Shown piece after piece: positions 1-8,185 of a stretch of DNA of 64,000 nt. Source of the stretch: Candidatus Cloacimonadales bacterium (GTDB taxonomy: Bacteria > Cloacimonadota > Cloacimonadia > Cloacimonadales > JAIOQZ01). The translations under genes were made by a program, and so were the position numbers. Within the stretch, counting starts at the first letter, position 1, and each line of letters starts with the position of its first letter. The stretch lies in NCBI GenBank assembly GCA_963666875.2, contig CAXXPU010000005.1, positions 21,463-85,462 of the forward strand, written 5' to 3'. The notes under the pieces were generated by a model. The model did not search any database, had not been told where the DNA came from, and was given only the letters and a program-made list of their open reading frames with translations.

Positions 1-3000
1 GAACGAGATCGGTGATGTCGAAGTGGATATGCTGTATCCGGTCTGGCGCAATGAGGGGAAACTCGATTACACCATCCGTGAAAGGATGCACGAGGGCTTA
101 CGGGTTTTCGAGCTGTTGAAGCCGATCGTTCAGGAGCCGTTGAAGATATACGACGAACGCGTGGTTCCTGCTGTCCAGAACCTGTTGAAGAACAACGGTT
201 ATCATGCGATGCACGTTCATGGACTGGGACAGATCACGCTGGCGCCGGTGTTTGTGGCGAAGGAGCTGGGTATCCCGATCTATGCGACACTGCACGACTA
301 CTGGCTGCTGTGCGATCACTGGCACATGATCCGCGAGGATCAGCGTCAGTGCATGGGACCGGAATCTGCGGCGAAGTGCGCCCGATGTTATATCGAGGAT
401 TATCTGACGGATGTCACGCCCGGGATTGAAAAGGATGTCATACAATATCAGCAGTTTCGTCGTGAGATGATGAAGAAGTTATTCGCGTCGTACGATCGGG
501 TTTTTGCACCGAGCAGGTATCTTGCCGAACGCTTTGCCGAATTCGGTTTCTCAGGGATTGAAGTAGCGCCGCTCGGATTCGAGTATGGCGAGATCGAGAC
601 GGGCAGGCCAAACGACGGGTTGTTCCACTTCGGATACACGGGACAATTGATTCCGCGAAAGGGTGTCAATTTCTTGATCGACGCCTTCATGAAGCTGCCG
701 CACAAACATGCTCGACTGGACATATACGGCCCGTTGGAGAAGGATTACGCGAAGGAGCTTCAAGCCGTCGCATCCAACGATACACGGGTGCGGTTCCACG
801 GACGCTATAATCCTGAGCATCTGGACGCAATCATGCGTACCTTCGATATGGCGATGGTTCCGTCACTGATGGAAAACTATCCGCTGGTGGTGCAGGAAGC
901 GTTTCTGCGCAAGACTCCGGTGATCGCCACATCCGTGGGCGGGATTCCCGAGGTTGTCGTGGATGACAGGAATGGCTACATGGTGGCCGCGGAGTCATCG
1001 GATTCGATACTTGCAGCGATGCGCAGAGCGATCGAAGATCCGGCTTGCGTGGAGAGGTTTACATCGAACATCGAGCCGGTTCGGAGGCTGAGCGAGGACG
1101 CAGCACATTACACATCGGTTTATGGCGGTAAAAAAATCGACAAGCCGGCGCTGCACGATAAACTGCGCATTCAGTTTTATATCGCGAAGAACGTGCATCT
1201 GCCGATGTTCCTCGAACTCTACGAATACGTCAGCAGGCAGCAGAACGTCGAGGAAATCATCTTCTGCGTTCCCGACTTCATGATGATGACATCCTCGGAC
1301 GGCAACCGGGAAGTGATGGAAAAGCTGCTCTCGCTGCCCGTCACCTTCTGCATCGATCCACGCGCGAACAGGGTGGACATCACGTTTATCGCTGACGCAA
1401 TCGCCGGGAAAGTCAAGGGCGCCGGCAAGATCGTGAATATCGGTCACGGAACCATTTCCAAAGGCTATTATTTCACGGACGGCGTATGGACGGACAGGCA
1501 GAACTGGGTCGATCTGCTCTGTGTTCCGGGAGAATACGCCAGGAATGAACTTCAGAACGCTCTATCGACTCGCCTCGTGGCAACGGGCATGCCAAAACTC
1601 GATCCGGTGTTTTCCGGCCGGATTGACATTCATGCCCTGCGTGGGCAGCTCGGAATTGTCCCCGGCAGGAAGATCGTGCTGTATGCTCCGACGTTCAACA
1701 TCGATCTGAGCAGTCTGTATCCGTTTGCAGAGCGTTTCCAAGAGCTTGCCAGCGGTAATTGGGAAATCGTGATCAAGCTTCACGGCTCCACACCCGGTCA
1801 GTACGTGAACCACTATCGTCAGTTGGCGCAACGTTTTCCGAACATCCATTTTAACACGGACGACAACCTCGCACCGCTGCTGGCACTCGCGGATATCATG
1901 ATCTCCGATGTCTCCTCTGCCTGGATGGAGTTTATGGCGCTGGATAAACCGGTTATTCTCTACAATCATCCCAACCGGTTTCACTATCACGGTTTCGACG
2001 AGAAGAACATCGAATGGGCGTGGCGCGACCTCGGTACACAAGTTGACAGCTTCGATGAACTCAAGCGCGTCCTCCCTGTGATCCTCGATCGCGGCGACGA
2101 TAAATCATCAATTAGAATGCAACACGCCTCCATGCTGTTTGCGGATCGGAAGGGGAACGCCTGCGACAATGTCTGGCGCGCTGCGTTGGATACTCTGCAA
2201 TCGAATGAAGACCGTCAGCCACCGACGATATCGTTAATCATCCGCGCCAGCGAAGATCGCTTGCCGTTTCTGTGTGATCAGGTTTTCGAGGTACTGTTCC
2301 AATCGGTGATGCCGTACGAACTGCTCGTCATCATGGAGCAGCGGAGCGTAGAGGTCTCCGGCTGGATCGAATCGCTGAAGATCGGCGGTAAGTTCCTGCG
2401 GATCGTCGAGTTGACGGATGAAGACCGGATTTCACATCATGCTCGGGGTGAGATCCTGATGTGGCTGGACAGCGATGTCGCCATTTTCAAGAATTTCGAT
2501 TATATGCTCTACCAGACGTTCAAGAACAATCCGGACGTCTCGGCGCTTACCGTCTGTACGAATGATCCGGCTCGGGGCGGTACCATTCCGTCTGAGATCG
2601 ACCAGAAGGATCGCGACTTCCTGTCCCGGTTTGCGTACGAATTTGTCTATCGATATCAGGGACGCGGAATCTCTCATTGCCGTTGCGAGAATCCTGCGCT
2701 CGTGGCAGTCTGGAAAAGCAGACTGCCGAATGACATCGACCAACCGATGAACTACGTCCTCGAACTGGCACGAAGTGGCCGGTTATCAGTCGCGAATTCC
2801 GTTTTCGTGCAAACCTTCAGCCGGCAGGAAGACCGATTGGTCAGACAGTTCTGGTCGCAGCGGGAGCAGTTACCGGATTCCGATAGACATGGAATCGCGC
2901 AGCAACTCCTTTCGATCGCGAGGTTGTCCGGCGTTGCGCTGGATGCGCTGGAAACGGCGGTCAGGCTTGGGATCAAGCAGGATATCGGCAAGCTCATCTC

Positions 3001-4447
3001 GATCATTCTCCGTATTCGATCGAACGATCCGGCAGTTTATGATCGTCTCGAACAGATTTTCTCTGCGAATCCTGTCATGATCGATTATTTGAGCGGACAC
3101 AGGAAAATACTGAATCGGTTGCTGAACACTGTCGATGAAGTTCCATCGACGAAGCGTAGCGCGATGTTCTACTTCTTCAAGAATGTCCACGTGCCGATTC
3201 TCATGCAGATCTACGATACGTTCGTGAAGATAGCGCCGGACTGGGAGGTCGCGTTTTCGTTCATGCCGTGGGCGCCGCAGATTCGCGCCGGATTCACGCC
3301 CGAGCAGATCGAGTCGCTTCATCTGCCGGATGTGACGATTACCCGGACACCGCAGGATTTTTCGCCCGATGTCACTTTCATAGCAGACTCCGCCTATCCC
3401 TGGGTGCAGAACTGCGGCAAGCTTGTCCACGTGGGGCATGGCGTACTCTCCAAAGGCCAGTATTACACCGATACCGAGATTGCCCGTCGCGATGACGCCG
3501 CTGCGATCGTTTGCGTTCCCGGCTCGATCCATAAAAAGAATCTCGATGGTGTTCTGAGAGCCAGAGTGGAAGTGACCGGCATGGCAAAGCTCGATCCGTT
3601 ATTCTCCGGCAAGATCGACCGTGAGCAGGCAGCTTCGACGCTCGGGATTCCCCCAAACGGCAGATACATCCTTTTTGCACCAACTTTCAACGACGAACTC
3701 TCCGCGATCCCATTCGTGCTGGATCGGATCGATCGGGTCATACCTGAGGGCTATACGCTTCTGATCAAGCTGCACGGAAGCACGAATCAGAAATATGTGA
3801 AGCTGTACCGGGATCTGTCCCAGCGCAATCCGCAAGTGCGGTTGATCGACGACCTGACCTGCGGAATGGTGATGGCGGACGTGATGATCTCGGACGTATC
3901 CTCCGCAATGATGGAGTTCGCCGCGCTGGAAAAGCCGGTGGTGTTGTTCGACAATCCCAACTGGCGCTACTACAAAAACTTCAACCCGAACGATATCGAC
4001 TTCCGCTGGCGTGATATCGGCATTCGAGCTAAAAGCGTCTCGGAACTGCGCCCGGCGGTGCTGAGATCGCTCGATAATCCTCGGGAATTTGCCGAAAAAC
4101 GTCGTTACTACACCGATCAGATTTTTACGAACAAGTACGATGGCAAGGCATCCGAAAGGATTGTAATGGCTGCGCTGTCGTTGTTCGATGAGAAGTCGGT
4201 CGAGACGTTACCGACAGTCGAGAAGGAGGAACGTGGTGTTGTGTTCACGTTCATCGGCGATTTCACGGAAGAAAGTGGTGTCGATGTGCTGCTGGAGGCA
4301 TTCTCTAAGCTTCCGGAAGATGGCTGGACACTGAAACTTTTCGGCGATCCGGATGCGTTTCGAGCAGAGACCGATGCTGACTCCGAATACGAAAATGCTC
4401 CCGTTTCAAGTCCATGGCCGATGCGTTGCACGGAAGCGCCCTGGTGA
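1..4447 (+). CDS. Multidomain glycopolymer synthase, 5'-partial: GT4 glycosyltransferase, TagF-like glycerol/ribitol-phosphotransferase, GT2, second TagF-like domain, then the first half of a GT4 C-domain
   Basis: The frame is open from the left edge, so the N-terminus is missing. Motifs read from the translation: GT4 (HVHGLG, EVVVDDRNGYMV); TagF-like block 1 (GHGTISKGYY, YAPTFN, KLHG, ISDVSSAWMEFMALDKPVILYN); GT2 (ISLIIRAS, LMWLDSDV); TagF-like block 2 (GHGVLSKGQYY, FAPTFN, KLHG, ISDVSSAMMEFAALEKPVVLFD); GT4 C-domain start (VVFTFIGDFTEESGVDVLLEAF). Confidence 0.85.
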   Translation, partial: NEIGDVEVDMLYPVWRNEGKLDYTIRERMHEGLRVFELLKPIVQEPLKIYDERVVPAVQNLLKNNGYHAMHVHGLGQITLAPVFVAKELGIPIYATLHDYWLLCDHWHMIREDQRQCMGPESAAKCARCYIEDYLTDVTPGIEKDVIQYQQFRREMMKKLFASYDRVFAPSRYLAERFAEFGFSGIEVAPLGFEYGEIETGRPNDGLFHFGYTGQLIPRKGVNFLIDAFMKLPHKHARLDIYGPLEKDYAKELQAVASNDTRVRFHGRYNPEHLDAIMRTFDMAMVPSLMENYPLVVQEAFLRKTPVIATSVGGIPEVVVDDRNGYMVAAESSDSILAAMRRAIEDPACVERFTSNIEPVRRLSEDAAHYTSVYGGKKIDKPALHDKLRIQFYIAKNVHLPMFLELYEYVSRQQNVEEIIFCVPDFMMMTSSDGNREVMEKLLSLPVTFCIDPRANRVDITFIADAIAGKVKGAGKIVNIGHGTISKGYYFTDGVWTDRQNWVDLLCVPGEYARNELQNALSTRLVATGMPKLDPVFSGRIDIHALRGQLGIVPGRKIVLYAPTFNIDLSSLYPFAERFQELASGNWEIVIKLHGSTPGQYVNHYRQLAQRFPNIHFNTDDNLAPLLALADIMISDVSSAWMEFMALDKPVILYNHPNRFHYHGFDEKNIEWAWRDLGTQVDSFDELKRVLPVILDRGDDKSSIRMQHASMLFADRKGNACDNVWRAALDTLQSNEDRQPPTISLIIRASEDRLPFLCDQVFEVLFQSVMPYELLVIMEQRSVEVSGWIESLKIGGKFLRIVELTDEDRISHHARGEILMWLDSDVAIFKNFDYMLYQTFKNNPDVSALTVCTNDPARGGTIPSEIDQKDRDFLSRFAYEFVYRYQGRGISHCRCENPALVAVWKSRLPNDIDQPMNYVLELARSGRLSVANSVFVQTFSRQEDRLVRQFWSQREQLPDSDRHGIAQQLLSIARLSGVALDALETAVRLGIKQDIGKLISIILRIRSNDPAVYDRLEQIFSANPVMIDYLSGHRKILNRLLNTVDEVPSTKRSAMFYFFKNVHVPILMQIYDTFVKIAPDWEVAFSFMPWAPQIRAGFTPEQIESLHLPDVTITRTPQDFSPDVTFIADSAYPWVQNCGKLVHVGHGVLSKGQYYTDTEIARRDDAAAIVCVPGSIHKKNLDGVLRARVEVTGMAKLDPLFSGKIDREQAASTLGIPPNGRYILFAPTFNDELSAIPFVLDRIDRVIPEGYTLLIKLHGSTNQKYVKLYRDLSQRNPQVRLIDDLTCGMVMADVMISDVSSAMMEFAALEKPVVLFDNPNWRYYKNFNPNDIDFRWRDIGIRAKSVSELRPAVLRSLDNPREFAEKRRYYTDQIFTNKYDGKASERIVMAALSLFDEKSVETLPTVEKEERGVVFTFIGDFTEESGVDVLLEAFSKLPEDGWTLKLFGDPDAFRAETDADSEYENAPVSSPWPMRCTEAPW

Positions 4448-4719
4448 TGCTTCCGAGTCGAGATGTGCTCAAGAGCGCTCTGGAGGCAGGTATTCCAGTC
4501 ATCGTGTCCGAGAGCGACGGCATTCGGCAGATTGTCCGCGACCGCCTGGAAGGATTCGTCATTCCAAAGGGGGATGCAAGCGCGCTGCATCGGATCGTGA
4601 AGATCCTGCTGTCGAAACCGGATATGATCGAGACGATGCGGGAGAGCATTCTGAAGAATCACCGCGTCGAGCCTGAAAACGACCCGATGTCCGATCGCCG
4701 GAGGAGACGCATCGGATAG
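4414..4719 (+). CDS. Remainder of the terminal GT4 C-domain, displaced into the -1 frame (frameshifted tail of the preceding gene)
   Basis: The translation ADALHGSALVMLPSRDVLKSALEAGIPVIVSESDGIRQIVRDRLEGFVIPKGDASAL is the canonical second half of a GT4 C-domain. It directly continues the half-domain that ends the upstream ORF. This frame only opens after the TGA at 4378-4380. Confidence 0.65.
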   Translation: MADALHGSALVMLPSRDVLKSALEAGIPVIVSESDGIRQIVRDRLEGFVIPKGDASALHRIVKILLSKPDMIETMRESILKNHRVEPENDPMSDRRRRRIG

Positions 4720-4788
4720 GCCGGTACGCAGCCACCTGTGGGTTTTGAGGAACGAAAAACCTGAAGCTGCATCTCATTCTCTATCTCT

Positions 4789-4914
4789 TGTAGCGCTCGA
4801 CCTCCAGGCGAGCCTCCTCTGAGTACGGAAGTCGAAATCAACATTCAGAAGAACCGCAAGCGGTACATTCGGAAGTTGATTTCCCTGTAGCGCGTGACCT
4901 CCGGGCGAGCCTCC
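4789..4914 (+). repeat. Family B composite repeat: 29-nt direct boxes (4789-4817 and 4886-4914) flanking a double-box hairpin core (4834-4883)
   Basis: The box TGTAGCGC..GACCTCC.GGCGAGCCTCC occurs twice. The core is GAAATCAAC-ATTCAGAAGA-(ACCGC AA GCGGT)-ACATTCGGAAG-TTGATTTC. Related copies lie at 27628-27687 and 34341-34391. Confidence 0.8.
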
Positions 4915-5056
4915 CTTTTGATCGGGATGACCGAATTGCAAGTACCATGATTAACAAAATAGAGAGTACCCATCCTCAATTCCATGCTTGTATCCATGCC
5001 GCAACATGACAATATTGCACAAATAGCTTGACATAAAATGACAAAAGTGTCCAGTC

Positions 5057-5551
5057 GTGTCCATGGAGGCCGAGATGAAAGACGAAATGATGAGCATCGA
5101 ACAGACGGCAGCGATGCTGAGCGTACACACGCGAACCATCCGTCGCTACCTGAAAAGCGGGACGCTGAAGGGCGTCAAGGTGGGTGGTAAATGGCATATC
5201 CGGGAGAGCGAAATCGAGAAAATGCTTGGACGCGACGACGTCTCGCAGGAGCTGGAGACGACCTGGAACTCACAGGCGGTCGATTTCATACAGGGCGGGA
5301 TGTCGCCGATTGGGAGCCGTATGCGGGTATGTACGATCGTGGATTGTGATTTTCACGATGATGAGGAGGCGGGAGAAGTCTCTGCGGCGCTACTGAGACT
5401 GATCAATCAGCGTGACGGCTCCGGTGTGGAAGCACGATTTCAATACAACTATCGCAAAGATGAGAAGAAAGGCAGGTTCATCCTGTGGGGTGATCCAGAA
5501 TTTATCGGACAATGTATGCAACTATTAGCAAGAAAAGGAGATGGGTCGTGA
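5057..5551 (+). CDS. Excisionase/MerR-type helix-turn-helix DNA-binding protein with an unassigned C-terminal domain
   Basis: MSIEQTAAMLSVHTRTIRRYLKSGTLKGVKVGGKWHIRESEIEKML is a typical excisionase-family HTH. The true start is probably the ATG at 5075, 5 nt after a GGAGG. Confidence 0.7.
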   Translation: MSMEAEMKDEMMSIEQTAAMLSVHTRTIRRYLKSGTLKGVKVGGKWHIRESEIEKMLGRDDVSQELETTWNSQAVDFIQGGMSPIGSRMRVCTIVDCDFHDDEEAGEVSAALLRLINQRDGSGVEARFQYNYRKDEKKGRFILWGDPEFIGQCMQLLARKGDGS

Positions 5552-6375
5552 AGTTTGTCGTAGTACTGGCTTTGGTGATATCGATTATGGCATGTGCGAA
5601 ACAGGTGGCGAACGAAGAAGAGCAATTGCTGAAGCTATCGGAGATCACGCGGATCTGGCAGACAGCGAAGGAGATGCACCCGGCATGGCACAAGCTGTAC
5701 CCGGTCTGCCTGATCGACGATGGTAATTACAAGCTTTATCATCCGGACGGTGCAGACAACTGGACGAAAGTCGATGAAGGGAAATTCGGCATGCGCTTAC
5801 CGGACGGCGTGAAGGCGGCATTTCCGCTACCGTTCGGAGATCATGATATGGCGTGCATCCTTGACGTGAATTGCTTCCACACGAAGGAAGACATGGCGAT
5901 TGTCTTCCATGAATTCGTTCATTGCTACCAGTCGGCGACTTGCGAGCATGATATCAAGGCGACCTTGCGCGTAGCACAGGAGAACAAGCACACGAACGGC
6001 ATGTGGGAACTCGAATACGCCTTCCCATACGATAACGAGCTGGCCGGAAAGACCTATATACAAATGATCGAGGCGGCGGAGAACAAGGATCGCGACGAGG
6101 TGATCAGGCTTCGCGAGATGATCCGGAAGAACGTCACGGAGCAGGATTGGGAATACCTTTGCTGGCAGGAGTTCAAGGAGGGCACCGCGCGATTCTTACA
6201 GAACGAACTGAGCAAACGTCTGGACGCAAAGCCAGCGCTCTCGAATCGCTCGTTACCGATCAATCGAGTGTCGTTTTATGAGGGCGGCGAGATGATTATC
6301 CGTCTGATCATGCTCGACGACGAGGGTATCGAAAAGGATTTTCCGAGGCTCTGGACGCGGATAAGCAATTTATAA
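5512..6375 (+). CDS. Putative lipoprotein with an HExxH zinc-metallopeptidase motif
   Basis: Signal peptide plus lipobox (KFVVVLALVISIMAC) and HEFVH inside VFHEFVHCYQ. The likely start is the GTG at 5548, 8 nt after AAAGGAG. The family is not recognised. Confidence 0.6.
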   Translation: MYATISKKRRWVVKFVVVLALVISIMACAKQVANEEEQLLKLSEITRIWQTAKEMHPAWHKLYPVCLIDDGNYKLYHPDGADNWTKVDEGKFGMRLPDGVKAAFPLPFGDHDMACILDVNCFHTKEDMAIVFHEFVHCYQSATCEHDIKATLRVAQENKHTNGMWELEYAFPYDNELAGKTYIQMIEAAENKDRDEVIRLREMIRKNVTEQDWEYLCWQEFKEGTARFLQNELSKRLDAKPALSNRSLPINRVSFYEGGEMIIRLIMLDDEGIEKDFPRLWTRISNL

Positions 6376-6450
6376 CGCATGACCTTCGGGCAAAGTTTTC
6401 CTGACCAGTGAGGTCCGAGCGTAAACAGACCAACATAGAAATCGAATAAC

Positions 6451-6498
6451 GAAAAACGCCGTGCTCCTTAGGCTATGCTCAGGATGACACGGCGTTTT
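6451..6498. terminator. Bidirectional hairpin terminator between convergent genes
   Basis: AAAAACGCCGTG ... CACGGCGTTTT, flanked by an A-run and a T-run. A near-identical copy lies at 8124-8171. Confidence 0.55.
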
Positions 6499-6503
6499 AT
6501 AAT

Positions 6504-6597
6504 GTTTTCGCTTCGCGAAAGCCGTTATCCGCTAACATGATCCCGATAAATCGGGATCACAACGCTCATGATTTCGTTTTCGCTTCGCGAAAGCCGA
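6504..6597 (-). repeat. Family A structured repeat, 1.3 units of a 73-nt double-hairpin element
   Basis: The full unit is 6525-6597: TTATCCGCTAACATGATCCCGATAAATCGGGATCACAACGCTCATGATTTCGTTTTCGCTTCGCGAAAGCCGA. It abuts the stop codon of the T9SS-cargo gene at 6600. It belongs to the same family as 40339-40519. Confidence 0.8.
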
Positions 6598-6599
6598 AA

Positions 6600-8093
6600 T
6601 TATTTGATCAGGATCATCTTCTTTACGCTGTCGTATCCATCGGTCTTCAAGCGGTAGAAATAGACGCCGGACGAGGTCGATTTGCCTGTACTGTCCGCGC
6701 CGTCCCATTCGATGCGGTGTTCACCGGGTTCGGTCATGCCGGAAACCAGCGTTTTCACCTTCTGTCCGCGAATATTATACACGCTCAGATTGACGTTTGA
6801 TTTCTCCGCGAGGTTGAAGGCGATCGTCGTGGAGGGATTGAACGGGTTTGGGTAGTTGTTCAGACTTTCTTCGAATGACGGGATAGCGTTTTCGTCCACA
6901 GCGACGATGCGTTGAACCGTGTATTCGTAGATCGATGAAGCGCCCGATATAAAGAATACGTGTTCGCCCAGGGTTTGGGTTTGCCAGTATGAGGATGATG
7001 CCGTGTGATCGAAATGGAAGCTCTGATAATCCGAAGTCTCTCGATCGATTACGTTGAGCGTATGCAGCGAGTCCTGCACGACGAGGACGACAACATCCTG
7101 CTGCATAGGCGCAATTGTTTTACCGTCATAGAAGCTTTCGTCCCAGGTGATTTCGTTATCTACGATCCCCTTTATACAGATCAGGTTGTAGTAGTAATTC
7201 TCGTACACGAATTGTGTCTCATTGAGAACGACAGGATTGTTGAACTGCGAGAAATCAGCCAGCGGCTCGAATGGCAAAATATCTTCAACGACCAGCTCAT
7301 TATCTACGATCCGGGCATAGAATCCGTATTCGTCGAAACTGAAGCGGAAATGAAGGATGTAGCCATCGGCGATCGGTATTGCTGAAGCGCTGTCCAGCCA
7401 GTCAAGCTCAAGCACGTTCTCCGACAGGTAGTTGAACTCGCTGTCGAATAGGTGGATGCACCCTCCGTTCACCATCAGTGCCAGATAGTCGTTGTTCATG
7501 CTGAACAGCTCGGTTCCCTGGTCGATGTACTCTGCGTCGTAGGTATAAATCAAATCCGTGTCTCCGGTCTCGAGATCGAGCCGCATGACGTCGTATCCGT
7601 CGATGTAGAGGAAGGTCCCCACATCCCACAGAACGGTGCCGCAGTGGGCGTACCATACTTCGTCTTCGTACGGGAGGTCGAAGCTGTTTTCATAAATACC
7701 GTCCTCGAAGATGAAGAGGGTCGAAACGGTATCGCCGTAACAGTGAAGCACGGTTTTGGTATCGCAGTGCTCAAAGAAGAATTCGTTGTGATCGCCTCCG
7801 AATCCGGCGGTGTTTTCGGCAGCATAATTCGTTACGAGGTTGCTAAAGATCGCGGTCGAATCCATGGTGAACGACTGCACGTAGAGGGAGTCGCCGTCGA
7901 TGTTGAATTTCCAGAATCGCAGATAGCTTTCATTTAATTTTTCGACAGAATGATAGGTCAATGGAATCGAATGTGTGTTATGAAAATCGACTTCGTAGCT
8001 GACTTGAGCATGCAGAAACAGGCTCGACAGGATGAATAGAAAGATCGTGACCACTACAGATTTCCGTAACATATTGCCCCCTTTGATATACAA
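6600..8093 (-). CDS. Secreted hypothetical protein with a type-A T9SS C-terminal sorting domain
   Basis: Signal peptide (MLRKSVVVTIFLFILSSLFLHAQ; likely start near 8072). C-terminus NYPNPFNPSTTIAFNL...VYNIRGQKVKTLV...GVYFYRLKTDGYDSVKKMILIK. Confidence 0.8.
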   Translation of the reverse strand: MYIKGGNMLRKSVVVTIFLFILSSLFLHAQVSYEVDFHNTHSIPLTYHSVEKLNESYLRFWKFNIDGDSLYVQSFTMDSTAIFSNLVTNYAAENTAGFGGDHNEFFFEHCDTKTVLHCYGDTVSTLFIFEDGIYENSFDLPYEDEVWYAHCGTVLWDVGTFLYIDGYDVMRLDLETGDTDLIYTYDAEYIDQGTELFSMNNDYLALMVNGGCIHLFDSEFNYLSENVLELDWLDSASAIPIADGYILHFRFSFDEYGFYARIVDNELVVEDILPFEPLADFSQFNNPVVLNETQFVYENYYYNLICIKGIVDNEITWDESFYDGKTIAPMQQDVVVLVVQDSLHTLNVIDRETSDYQSFHFDHTASSSYWQTQTLGEHVFFISGASSIYEYTVQRIVAVDENAIPSFEESLNNYPNPFNPSTTIAFNLAEKSNVNLSVYNIRGQKVKTLVSGMTEPGEHRIEWDGADSTGKSTSSGVYFYRLKTDGYDSVKKMILIK

Positions 8094-8123
8094 TTAGCTA
8101 TCATACGGCACTACGATGTCAAG

Positions 8124-8171
8124 AAAAAACGCCGCGCTCCCTTGATTTTGCTCAGGATGACACGGCGTTTT
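8124..8171 (-). terminator. Hairpin terminator downstream of the C25 peptidase gene
   Basis: AAAAAACGCCGCG ... CACGGCGTTTT. On the minus strand the stem is followed by TTTTTT. It is a paralog of the 6451-6498 hairpin. Confidence 0.55.
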
Positions 8172-8185
8172 GTATAATGTCGTTA

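Noticed and set aside
4381-4411. Programmed ribosomal frameshifting as the explanation for the split genes, here and at 50190-50209.
   Set aside because: Neither site has a canonical slippery heptamer or an obvious downstream stimulatory structure, and the two sites need opposite shift directions. A mutation or a sequencing indel is more parsimonious.
4789-4914. Two 29-nt direct repeats that at first glance resemble a tiny CRISPR array.
   Set aside because: There are only two copies, the spacing is about 97 nt start to start, the intervening sequence is itself a conserved hairpin element found elsewhere, and there are no cas genes. I treat it as part of repeat family B.
5028-5056. TTGACA at 5028-5033 upstream of the HTH gene, as a possible -35 box. 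Likewise TTGACA at 44197-44202 upstream of ptb.
   Set aside because: No acceptable -10 hexamer lies at 16-19 nt spacing in either case, and the promoter consensus for this lineage is unknown.
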